Assembly (NCBI GenBank): GCA_963786955.1
Contig: CAWBAT010000006.1
Coordinates: 896,001 to 960,000, forward strand
DNA from: an uncultured Acidimicrobiia bacterium
Lineage (GTDB): Bacteria > Acidobacteriota > Terriglobia > Versatilivoradales > Versatilivoraceae
Reading direction: 5' to 3'
Length of the DNA: 64,000 nucleotides
Shown: one piece after another, positions 19,604 to 28,133 of the stretch
Layout of the letters: the number at the start of each line of letters is the position of its first letter
How positions within the stretch are numbered: position 1 is the first letter of the stretch
Notes under the pieces: generated by a model
Database searches by the model: none
The model's input: the letters and a program-made list of their open reading frames with translations, nothing else
Told to the model about the DNA's origin: nothing
Translations under genes and position numbers: made by a program

Positions 19604-20989
19604 GTGAAGATGTCAATCTTACGCCGGGAATTCTTGCAACAAGTGGTCGTTGGGGCAGCCTCTGTCGTGGGAGGCGTCCAGACGTCGGAGGCAGCAGCAC
19701 CCACAAATCCCGCCATTCGAGAGTTTGTGAAACAAGATTCCCCATCGAATCCTCCGGTAAAAACCGGTGGTGGTGGGCCTGACCCGATTTTCGAGAAGCC
19801 TACGCCGATCACGATGGCGGAACTGGCAAAGATGAAGATTAAGGGAGTGCGGGCGGTGGAGGTCAACGATTATGTATTTGGCAACTATCAAGGGCCTCTG
19901 ACGCCTGCCCCGCCCCATGCGGACCAGAATCCGAAGAAGGCGATCATCGTTGTGTGGGAAGGCAAGCCCAACAAGTTCGTTTTTTGGCATGAGGCCAGTT
20001 ACAGCCCCTATTTCGAGCTGCCCTCGGGTGCCGGACCGAACTTCCAGTTCTTCGAGTCCAATTTCGGCGGCGAGCTGTTCAACCAGTACGGCCGAATGGA
20101 ACAGCATAGCTTTGTAGATATCATCGAGAGTGGTCCCGAAAGAGTCTGGATCCGTTGGACGTATCTTGACGTGGATGAGAAGGCCAACCCGCCTGTTCTG
20201 CGAGGCACGGATGATTTCGTGAGTTACGCCAACGGGATCGTGTGGCGGCGGCAGACCTACCAAACGTTCTATCCCAACCGGGATGACGCGCAATGCGCCA
20301 GCCCGCTGGATTTCTTCACGGCCATTCCGGCGGGGGTGCATTACTCCGAGCTCATGCCGAAGGATGAGCAACACGGGGATTATCTGGTGGGGGCATTCCT
20401 GGATGTCTATTCGAACAAACAATACAACGTGTATTGGGACAAGTCGGATAAGCCTGGATGGGACGGGCCATTCTATGCGCGACGGACGGGCGCGGAATGG
20501 TTCTTGGATATCGAGCGCTCAAAGGGTAAGGCCGCGGTGCAGACGTTTCGGGACGGACTGGCATACTGCACGTTTGGGGATGCAAGCGGCTATTTGGCAG
20601 ACCGTACCGAGCTCTGGGACAATTCGCATCCGGACACCTCGCCGTGCAACTGGGGCAACGCCAAAATGATTCACTGGCCGGTTGGTTGGGTCAACAGCGG
20701 AGGCGTCATCGGGAACGATCAGGACATTATGACGAAGCCCTATCATATCGACACACTGAGCATGTGTTTTGTGACGAAGCCACTCCCGATGAATGCCGAG
20801 GCTCGCAAGTGGGAGAACATTAAAAAGGAATGGCGCAACAAGGAACAGGAACGCTGGGTGGGAGGGCGGGTGTTCTATTGCCTGCACGGTGTAGAACAGA
20901 ACTTCCAGACTGTTCGGCAGGTATCGCGGCGGTGGCTGGACAAAGGTGCGGACTGTGCCCGGCCTGAAAGCGTCAAAGACTTGATTTAG
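19604..20989 (+). CDS. Tat-exported hypothetical protein
   Basis: LRREFLQ twin-arginine motif, hydrophobic stretch, SEA-AA cleavage-like site; GAAGGAG RBS; 461 aa. Confidence 0.75.
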   Translation: MKMSILRREFLQQVVVGAASVVGGVQTSEAAAPTNPAIREFVKQDSPSNPPVKTGGGGPDPIFEKPTPITMAELAKMKIKGVRAVEVNDYVFGNYQGPLTPAPPHADQNPKKAIIVVWEGKPNKFVFWHEASYSPYFELPSGAGPNFQFFESNFGGELFNQYGRMEQHSFVDIIESGPERVWIRWTYLDVDEKANPPVLRGTDDFVSYANGIVWRRQTYQTFYPNRDDAQCASPLDFFTAIPAGVHYSELMPKDEQHGDYLVGAFLDVYSNKQYNVYWDKSDKPGWDGPFYARRTGAEWFLDIERSKGKAAVQTFRDGLAYCTFGDASGYLADRTELWDNSHPDTSPCNWGNAKMIHWPVGWVNSGGVIGNDQDIMTKPYHIDTLSMCFVTKPLPMNAEARKWENIKKEWRNKEQERWVGGRVFYCLHGVEQNFQTVRQVSRRWLDKGADCARPESVKDLI

Positions 20990-21230
20990 CTAAAGCTTCT
21001 CGACAATCTTTCGCCAGCCTAATTGTGCTCAATGTGATAGGGCTCGATGCCCTGAGATTGCTTCAAACGCGCACTGCAGTTGAAATCCAAGAAGATTATT
21101 CCTGATGCACCGTATGACAAGATTGCCGGCTTGATCATTGCCAAGCAGAAGTGAGAACTCGCAGCCAATTCGATACTTCGTGATGGAAAGAGGACTCCCG
21201 AGATTCGGTATCGCTGTTCAGTCTTGTTTT

Positions 21231-21542
21231 CTAAGGAGTTCGACGAGTCAGGTTCGGACTGACCACAGTGGTCCTATGTTCAATTCCTTCCAGCGGTCTC
21301 GTCTGTTGCACTCTGCGGTCTCCGATGATCCCCTTCTTGAGTAACGCAAGAACAACATTTCTACTGTTTTCATCGAGCACCCGAGCAACGTCCGAGATCC
21401 CGTAATGATGGTTAACGAATAGGTTGCAGATCGTTACAGCCCTCTTGGTCTGGGGATCGAGCTTCAAGGGATCTTCCGGCAAAGGGAATTCATCTTTCCG
21501 GACCTGAAAACCATCTCGTTCCTGAAATATCCACTGGCTCAT
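21231..21542 (-). CDS. small HTH-like hypothetical protein, paralog of 16975-17277
   Basis: Strong GGAGAGGAGG RBS; blocks conserved with 16975-17277. Confidence 0.72.
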   Translation of the reverse strand: MSQWIFQERDGFQVRKDEFPLPEDPLKLDPQTKRAVTICNLFVNHHYGISDVARVLDENSRNVVLALLKKGIIGDRRVQQTRPLEGIEHRTTVVSPNLTRRTP

Positions 21543-21570
21543 CGGAAGTCCCTCCTCTCCCGTGAAGTAA

Positions 21571-21730
21571 TGCGTTAGTTACGGGGGGAAATCTGTAAGG
21601 GCAAGGCCTTCGGTGACGATTTGAGATTGTCGCTTCTGTAGTGGCTGAGTGGGTAGGGACGGACCGCCGGGCCGTCCGCGGCGCGCTCGGCGAGCGCGCC
21701 CTACCAGAAATTCCCCCGACAACTAACGCA
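21571..21730. mobile_element. 160-bp MITE enclosing a GTAG REP doublet
   Basis: TIRs TGCGTTAGTTACGGGGGGAAATCTG / CAGAAATTCCCCCGACAACTAACGCA, TAA on both sides; inner GTAGGGACGG..CCGTCC and GGCGCGCTCG..CGAGCGCGCCCTAC. Confidence 0.8.
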
Positions 21731-21942
21731 TAACCCCGTGAAGAAGATTGCAATTGACTATTATTGTAGGCTCGTTTAGTGCACAGTCAATGAGTAGATT
21801 GGCAAGGACACGGAAAGAACCTCTACTACGTTTATTTGATGGCGATCTTGATTTCATCCGAAAGATAGAGAATGAGAGCATGGCACGATCCAATTCCTAG
21901 TTGGAGCCAGTTTGACTTAGACCTGAATAAGGGTGCTGAGCC

Positions 21943-22383
21943 GTGAAGAATCTGCAGAAGCTCCTGCTCCCCGTCCCGCCCATGATTGAAGAAGCCTTCG
22001 GATACACGGGCTCTTCACGATTCGTTGCCTTCTATTGGAAGCCGGTCCGACTCGGCTTTACTTGGCAAGATCCTGCAGAGACCAAAACCAGCCCTCACCG
22101 GGCAGTGTGGCTGGCCTTCGTTCAGCATCGACGCGTCCATCCATTCCTGGACTCCTATAATCTCGGCAGCGAAGACAGAGCCGCGAAACATTGGTTGATG
22201 CTCGACAGGGTCGAGCGGCACTTTTCCATTGGTCTCGTGGGCCATGTAAAGGCGTTTCTAGGCTCTGTCCCGAATGAAACTCTCTCATCAGATTGCGAAG
22301 AATTCGATAGGGGAGATTCGACGGTGATCCAGGCCGCCCTCTGTGCCTTGGTTGGGGATTGGCTGGACGAAGAAGGGATCTGA
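21943..22383 (+). CDS. hypothetical protein
   Basis: 146-aa ORF with protein-like composition (EEAFGY..RFVAFYW, HWLMLDR); no family recognised. Confidence 0.55.
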   Translation: MKNLQKLLLPVPPMIEEAFGYTGSSRFVAFYWKPVRLGFTWQDPAETKTSPHRAVWLAFVQHRRVHPFLDSYNLGSEDRAAKHWLMLDRVERHFSIGLVGHVKAFLGSVPNETLSSDCEEFDRGDSTVIQAALCALVGDWLDEEGI

Positions 22384-22633
22384 TGCAGGGCGTCGATCCC
22401 CGCATAATGCTTAAGCTCTCCCTAGTACTAAATTGCAAGAGTCCGTGTTGTAGCTGGCCCCACTGGGGCCGGCCGGGGTCAACGTCCCCGGCTACAGCAA
22501 TTACCGCGAATTTATGCAACTTAGCACTAGCTCACATCCTACCAACCAAGAGACCTCAAATCCTTCAAATCATTTGCACAAACCCGCGTGATCGTCAATT
22601 TCATGTCATACTGTATCAAGCGGAGGGGGCCTA

Positions 22634-22921
22634 ATGGCTGGCAAAGGACATCGCGACTACCGAGAAGAAGAGGATGCCAACATTGTTGTGAGCGGCGACG
22701 ACTTCAAGGGGCATACTTTTGAGGAACAAACACAAAGCATCAACATCAGCTCCAGCGGGATTTCATTCTATCTCAACACTTTCATTGGCCCTCGTTCCTT
22801 CATTACCATCGACTTGACCCAAAGCAAGCAGTTCGGCTACCTCGGAAAAGTTTCTGCCGTGGTGGTTCGGCTAGAGATATTATCCTCCGAAAAGCATCTG
22901 GTGGCCGCGGAATTCATTTGA
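22634..22921 (+). CDS. stand-alone PilZ-like domain protein (degenerate RxxxR)
   Basis: HRDYR then NISSSG (D/NxSxxG), beta-strand pattern, VVR near the C-terminus; GGAGGGG RBS. Confidence 0.7.
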   Translation: MAGKGHRDYREEEDANIVVSGDDFKGHTFEEQTQSINISSSGISFYLNTFIGPRSFITIDLTQSKQFGYLGKVSAVVVRLEILSSEKHLVAAEFI

Positions 22922-23677
22922 TCTCCTCTGTCTTCCTCTTTGAACCTCCTTCATTTCTCCAGAAGTGCTCCCGCCCTCATCCGGAAATCCCTTAAGCCAT
23001 CGACTCCCCTGGCAAAACCCAAAGAAACCTGAAAGCTACAAACCAGACATTTTAGCTTGCTAACAATATTGAGAATCGTGTTGGGGTTCATTAATCAATT
23101 ATGCCCCTAATTCCCATCTGCTCCACGTAATAGAACAACGCCCGGAGCAGATATAACTCTGGATTGAACTGAGGGAGGAGTTGTTCTTTTTGCCGGATGC
23201 TTTCTTTGTAAAACGTCAACTGACCGTGGAGAGCAACCGATCCACATCCCAAACATGCTTACCGGCGGAAGAAGGCTGGGACAGGGTGAAAGAAGGTTTG
23301 CAAGGGCTTCAGGCCCTAAAGATACTTGAAGCAAGCCGGGTGTGACAAATTTTGCAAGTTGTGAGCAGTAAATGGATATGAGGTTTTTCGGGTGGACAGG
23401 GCGCGGGAATCTATTTGCCATCCATCATAGAAGAAAGGAGTAGTTGGTTCCATAAGACTGAAAATTCTTTCCTTTTTGACTGGCGTTGGAAGAATCGGGC
23501 TCCAGTAGACGATGTTAACTAACCCTTTAATAAACAAACAATAGTATGGCTTGATTGCTAGTGCTTATTTCAAGGGGAAGCTTTGGAGGGGCAGTTGCAA
23601 ACTCCTTACTACACCAGTGTTTGGGCTTATGGCTTATCTGTGTCACAAAATGGATCGGCAGTTTGAAAATCTTGACC

Positions 23678-24505
23678 ATGTTATCGACAGCTAATCCCAT
23701 CCGCGTTTTGCTCGTAGACACGGAGGAATTATTTCGGGTCGCCGTCCGTATGCTCATCGAAAGCTGGGCAACAATGAAGGTAGTGGGCGACACTGGTAAT
23801 CAAGCGGAAGCGTTGTCTTTGGCTGAAAAGGAAGACCCGCACATTATTCTGGTGGAGATCGATTTCAAAGGAGATGTGAATGGAGGACTAGCACTTCTTC
23901 CCAAGTTGCTCTCATCAAGGAAATCTCGAGTCATTGTCATGACTCATTTGCAGGATGTGGAATTGCATCATCGAGCCATCCATTATGGAGCTCGAGGGTT
24001 GGTACTCAAAGACCATTCACCTGAACAACTTCGGAACGCCATTTTAAGGGTTAACGATGGTGAAGCGTGGCTGGACAATAAGCTGACAACAAGTATCATC
24101 ACCAAAATGGCGCAAGTCAATCGGCTCACTCGGGATGGAGAGGGATCCGTGGGGATTGCCTCGCTGACTCCTAGAGAGAGTGAACTAGCCCGACTTGTCG
24201 GGAATGGGTGGTCTAATAAGGAAGTCGCAGGACGACTTTACATTAGCGAAACCACCGTACGCCATCACCTGACGTCCATTTTCAAGAAACTCCAACTCAC
24301 CAATCGGCTCGAGCTTATTATCTATTTGCTCCGGACTGGGACGACCAAACATACTGTCGGTAGAATTTCTCAAAGAACTTCCCACTTAGGGGATGACATC
24401 CCCGGCAAAGCCAGTTCAGAACAGCAAGGTGATAAGTTGTTTCCTGATTTTGTAGGCAAACACAAACAACTGCCGAGCAAGAAGCCTGCTCTTCCAGGAA
24501 AGTAG
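23678..24505 (+). CDS. NarL/LuxR family response regulator with atypical receiver
   Basis: IRVLLVD receiver; LTPRE...GWSNKEVAGRLYISETTVRHHLTSIFKKL HTH; likely start MLSTAN at 23678. Confidence 0.92.
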   Translation: MLSTANPIRVLLVDTEELFRVAVRMLIESWATMKVVGDTGNQAEALSLAEKEDPHIILVEIDFKGDVNGGLALLPKLLSSRKSRVIVMTHLQDVELHHRAIHYGARGLVLKDHSPEQLRNAILRVNDGEAWLDNKLTTSIITKMAQVNRLTRDGEGSVGIASLTPRESELARLVGNGWSNKEVAGRLYISETTVRHHLTSIFKKLQLTNRLELIIYLLRTGTTKHTVGRISQRTSHLGDDIPGKASSEQQGDKLFPDFVGKHKQLPSKKPALPGK

Positions 24506-25120
24506 ATTTGTCCCGTGCAATTAATCGAGTATGACCGAAAGGATGCAAATCCATCCTCATTATGAACCTTTGGCCTGATTCTTCGGCCACCGCCAGTGAT
24601 TACAGCCAACTGCAAGACAAATTGCTCGTGTGCGCCTTATCGAAGATTGGCTCTGCTTGAATAGCCACTCGCCAAGGAATAATCATCTATTTCCTCATTC
24701 CGACATTAAAGATGTAGAGGCCTCTCGGCCATCGATACGATTGACACACCGTTCGGGAGTTAGATTCAGCCATAGCTCTTTAAACCATTAGATGATCACA
24801 ACAAACTCTGATACGGCCTGTTGTAAGGGAGGCCCCGGCCAAGAGAAACACGCGAATGACACGTGGAGGTGTCTTTGCCCTGTCTTTCGGCGGCCCAATA
24901 GAGTGCCTGATATGGCCAAATAGACAGCCCATGGCACAATACTCCCAGTGCCATAATGGGCGTATCTATCAAAGAGAAATGGGAGGCCGCTCCCATTGCG
25001 ATAACCCTCTCCCCTTAGTAGAGTTAGAACGAGTCATTTTACTAGGCTCGCTTCTGTTTCCAGAAAAGAGTTCGCTTCCCCGTCCCACGCATGCCCGAAA
25101 AATATCATGTGAGTGAGAGT

Positions 25121-25131
25121 GCGGTAGCTTG
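25121..25131 (+). promoter_or_regulatory. ops-like antitermination loading site
   Basis: GCGGTAGCTTG versus RfaH ops GGCGGTAGCGTG, in the leader upstream of pilZ-upxY. Confidence 0.4.
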
Positions 25132-25179
25132 CCCTTAGATTGACGACCACTTCTCTGAAGTAAATTCTTTCGATAGGCC

Positions 25180-25509
25180 TTGCAGATCGTCACTTCCGAA
25201 GAACGACGAAAAAAATCGAGAATCTGTAAGTCTTTTCCGATTGTTGTTAGAGGATTGGATTCGGCTGGCAGGCACTTTGAGGAAACATCTGTCCTGGTGA
25301 ACTTCAGCAGTGGCGGCATGTATTTCTGCCTTTCACGGGCTATGAGCTCAGGTAGCGAGATTTACGCGGTCATTGAAATGTCCAAGGTTTCAAAAATTAT
25401 GGGCCCCACGGTTCGAGTGGCAGCACAAGCCATTGTTCTAAGAGTTGAATCCTGGATGGATGGTACCTATGGGTATGCAGTTCGGTTTTCTAAACATCAG
25501 ATATTCTGA
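25180..25509 (+). CDS. stand-alone PilZ domain protein
   Basis: ERRKKSR (RxxxR) and NFSSGG (D/NxSxxG). Confidence 0.8.
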   Translation: MQIVTSEERRKKSRICKSFPIVVRGLDSAGRHFEETSVLVNFSSGGMYFCLSRAMSSGSEIYAVIEMSKVSKIMGPTVRVAAQAIVLRVESWMDGTYGYAVRFSKHQIF

Positions 25510-25601
25510 ACGCTCAACTCAACAGAGTGGGCGTTCTTCCCCTCAGTCGATTCATACTCCCTCTTCTTGACACCAATAGGATCAAAGGATAAACAATAAC
25601 G

Positions 25602-26195
25602 ATGCCCGAAACGTGCGGGAACTATCCCTGGTACGCTCTCTTTGTGCGTGTTAACCATGAAAAAATGGTGTCAGCGGCACTTCGAAGTAAAGGCTATGAA
25701 GAGTTCTTGCCATTATGTCGTTCGCGACGTCGCTGGTCCGATCGAACCAAAGAAGTTCAATCGCCCCTTTTCCCGGGATACGTGTTTTGCCAACTCGACT
25801 TGAACTGGCGGCTTCCAATCCTGACCACAACTGGCGTTCACTCTATTGTGGGAAACGGGAAAGTTCCCGTCCCTGTATCGGAACGAGAAATCGAAAACCT
25901 TAGACTATTAGCTGGGTCGCAACTTCAAGTCGATCCCTGGCCCTATCTAAAAGTGGGACAAAAGGTTCGCATTGAACAAGGGGCATTAGTCGGATTGGAA
26001 GGGATTCTTGTTTCTCTGAAAAAGCCGTACCGCCTGGTTGTTTCAGTCACCCTTCTGCTGCGGTCTGTGACAGTGGAAATAGATGAGGCATGGACCTCCC
26101 CCATTATTGAGAGAAATTCCGCCCGCTTGCAGGACTCCCAAACACTGCGTCGAGAACCTAAACTCGCCCTCAGGTTGGCACGAACTTCCACCTAG
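25602..26195 (+). CDS. upxY: UpxY/RfaH-like NusG-paralog transcription antiterminator
   Basis: WYALFVRVNHEK, PLFPGYVF NGN domain, KOW GQKVRIEQGALVGLEG; heads a glycan operon. Confidence 0.9.
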   Translation: MPETCGNYPWYALFVRVNHEKMVSAALRSKGYEEFLPLCRSRRRWSDRTKEVQSPLFPGYVFCQLDLNWRLPILTTTGVHSIVGNGKVPVPVSEREIENLRLLAGSQLQVDPWPYLKVGQKVRIEQGALVGLEGILVSLKKPYRLVVSVTLLLRSVTVEIDEAWTSPIIERNSARLQDSQTLRREPKLALRLARTST

Positions 26196-26300
26196 CAGGT
26201 AATTTCCTTGTTTTTGACAGCTCCGGAAAAGTGCGATTCCCGCATTAGATAGGCGGTAATGTTTTTTGGCCAATAATTTCATGCGTGGTCCTTTCATTCC

Positions 26301-27098
26301 ATGACTAGCCCCGTCGGTCAAAACGACTCGATTCGAACAGCACCACTGAGCGAGGAATTCATTGCGCTCATTCCCGCTGCAGGCAAGGGGCTGCGCCTGA
26401 GTTTGCCATATCCGAAAGAGCTCTATCCGATTATCCGGGAAAATCGCTACAAGCCCGTTTCCCAATTTGTGCTAGACAGCTTGGTCGCTTCCGGCATTCA
26501 ACATACCGTATTTGTCATCAATGAAACGAAACACCAATTGATGGGTTATTTCGGCGATGGACAGCGCTTCGGCTGCCATATTAGCTATGTCGTTCAGGAG
26601 CAGACGGTCCATCAAAACGGGTCTACTTCTCCCGGACTAGCCCACGCCCTCGATTCAGCCTATCACTTGGTAAAGAATAAGAACGTGTTCTTTGGCATGG
26701 CAGATACGATTATGGGGCCTGAGAACGTGTTTGCCCATGCCTTGAAGGCAGCTCAGCCCGAAGACGAGGTCATCCTTGCTCTCTTCGACACAGTTCGGCC
26801 CGAGAAATTTGGCATGGTCCGGCTCGATGCTCAAGGCAGGGTAGTAGAAATCAATGACAAGCCAAAAAGAACGGACCTCACTCAGATGTGGGGATGCATT
26901 ATTTGGCGCCCTAGGTTTACCGAGTTCTTGCACGATTGCGTTCGCCAACAGGGAGTGACGGATTTCGCCAAAATATTGAACAGCGCAATTGTGTCTGGCA
27001 TTCGGATGCGCGGTGTTCCGATACATAATGGCACTTATGTGGACCTCGGCACTTACGACGAAATCCTGGAACTGGACAATAGTTTTCGTCAGCGCTAA
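26301..27098 (+). CDS. sugar-phosphate nucleotidyltransferase (RmlA-like)
   Basis: LIPAAGKGLRL..PKEL, YVVQE, GLAHA, DLGT. Confidence 0.88.
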   Translation: MTSPVGQNDSIRTAPLSEEFIALIPAAGKGLRLSLPYPKELYPIIRENRYKPVSQFVLDSLVASGIQHTVFVINETKHQLMGYFGDGQRFGCHISYVVQEQTVHQNGSTSPGLAHALDSAYHLVKNKNVFFGMADTIMGPENVFAHALKAAQPEDEVILALFDTVRPEKFGMVRLDAQGRVVEINDKPKRTDLTQMWGCIIWRPRFTEFLHDCVRQQGVTDFAKILNSAIVSGIRMRGVPIHNGTYVDLGTYDEILELDNSFRQR

Positions 27099-27117
27099 CC
27101 GGCCGAATGGACAGGTC

Positions 27118-28077
27118 ATGAAGAATTCATCTTCTCCAACCATTTCTGGACCTGCTATCAACAAGAGTTCAACTCCGGATCTATCCGTGGTCTTGGTGGG
27201 CTGGAATAATCGGAGTTACTTGGAGCCGTGCCTGCACTCGCTTTATCAGTGCGGGCTAAGTCGAACCTTCGAAGTAGTCGTGGTGGACAATGGTTCTTCT
27301 GACGGCAGTCAACGGATGCTAAAAGAACAATTTTCGGAAGTCCAGATCGTCCAAAACTACAGCAATGTCGGACTTAGTCGAGCAACTAACCAGGGGATTC
27401 AACATACTACCGGTCAATACGTGCTACTCCTCAACAACGATACTCTCGTAAATGGACCCTCGATCGAGGCGATGATCAAGTTCATGGAGCTAACGCCCAA
27501 CGCAGGGGCTGTGGGCGGAAAGCTCCTTAATCCAGACGGTTCATTTCAGGGTGGCGGTGCCCGTTTTTCATCTCTATTTCAGGAATTTTTGATAGCGACC
27601 AGGCTGGGAGAGTTCCTCTGCAAGGGATACCCTTCACACAAAGACAACGACAGAGAGATAGTCGTCGATTGGTTGAGTTCCGCCTGTCTTTTGGTGCGAA
27701 GAGGCGTCTTTTCCCAAATCGGGTTTCTTGATGAACAATACTTTATTTATGGCGATGAAACAGACTTTCAATTCCGCCTCAAGCAAGCTAATTGGAAAGT
27801 CTACTATCTGCCGCTGGTAACCACGATCCATTATGGTGGTCGCAGTATGGACCGCTGGCGTCGCCGCAAAATGGTCTATCGCGGGAAAATGCTCTTCTAC
27901 AAGAAGAACCGTGGAAGCCTTGCGGCATTTACACTGCGGCTGATGTTGGGTGGGCTCACGGTGCCAAAGACATTGCTTTGGAGCATAGCCTGGCTGTTTC
28001 CGTGGTGTCACACCGCGGCGAAGCGCGAGTTGCGCTCGAACCTCGACGTCCTGAATCTGTGCTGTCATTTACGTTAG
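27118..28077 (+). CDS. glycosyltransferase family 2
   Basis: VVVVDNGSSDG, LLLNND, GFLDEQYFIYGDETD. Confidence 0.92.
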   Translation: MKNSSSPTISGPAINKSSTPDLSVVLVGWNNRSYLEPCLHSLYQCGLSRTFEVVVVDNGSSDGSQRMLKEQFSEVQIVQNYSNVGLSRATNQGIQHTTGQYVLLLNNDTLVNGPSIEAMIKFMELTPNAGAVGGKLLNPDGSFQGGGARFSSLFQEFLIATRLGEFLCKGYPSHKDNDREIVVDWLSSACLLVRRGVFSQIGFLDEQYFIYGDETDFQFRLKQANWKVYYLPLVTTIHYGGRSMDRWRRRKMVYRGKMLFYKKNRGSLAAFTLRLMLGGLTVPKTLLWSIAWLFPWCHTAAKRELRSNLDVLNLCCHLR

Positions 28078-28133
28078 TATTTTTGCTGAAAAAATGACCG
28101 TGCTACTGGAACCGCAAGGAATCGATTGAGAAC

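Noticed and set aside
17721-22400. Integrative element at tRNA-Glu
   Set aside because: No integrase and no duplicated tRNA 3' end found by eye
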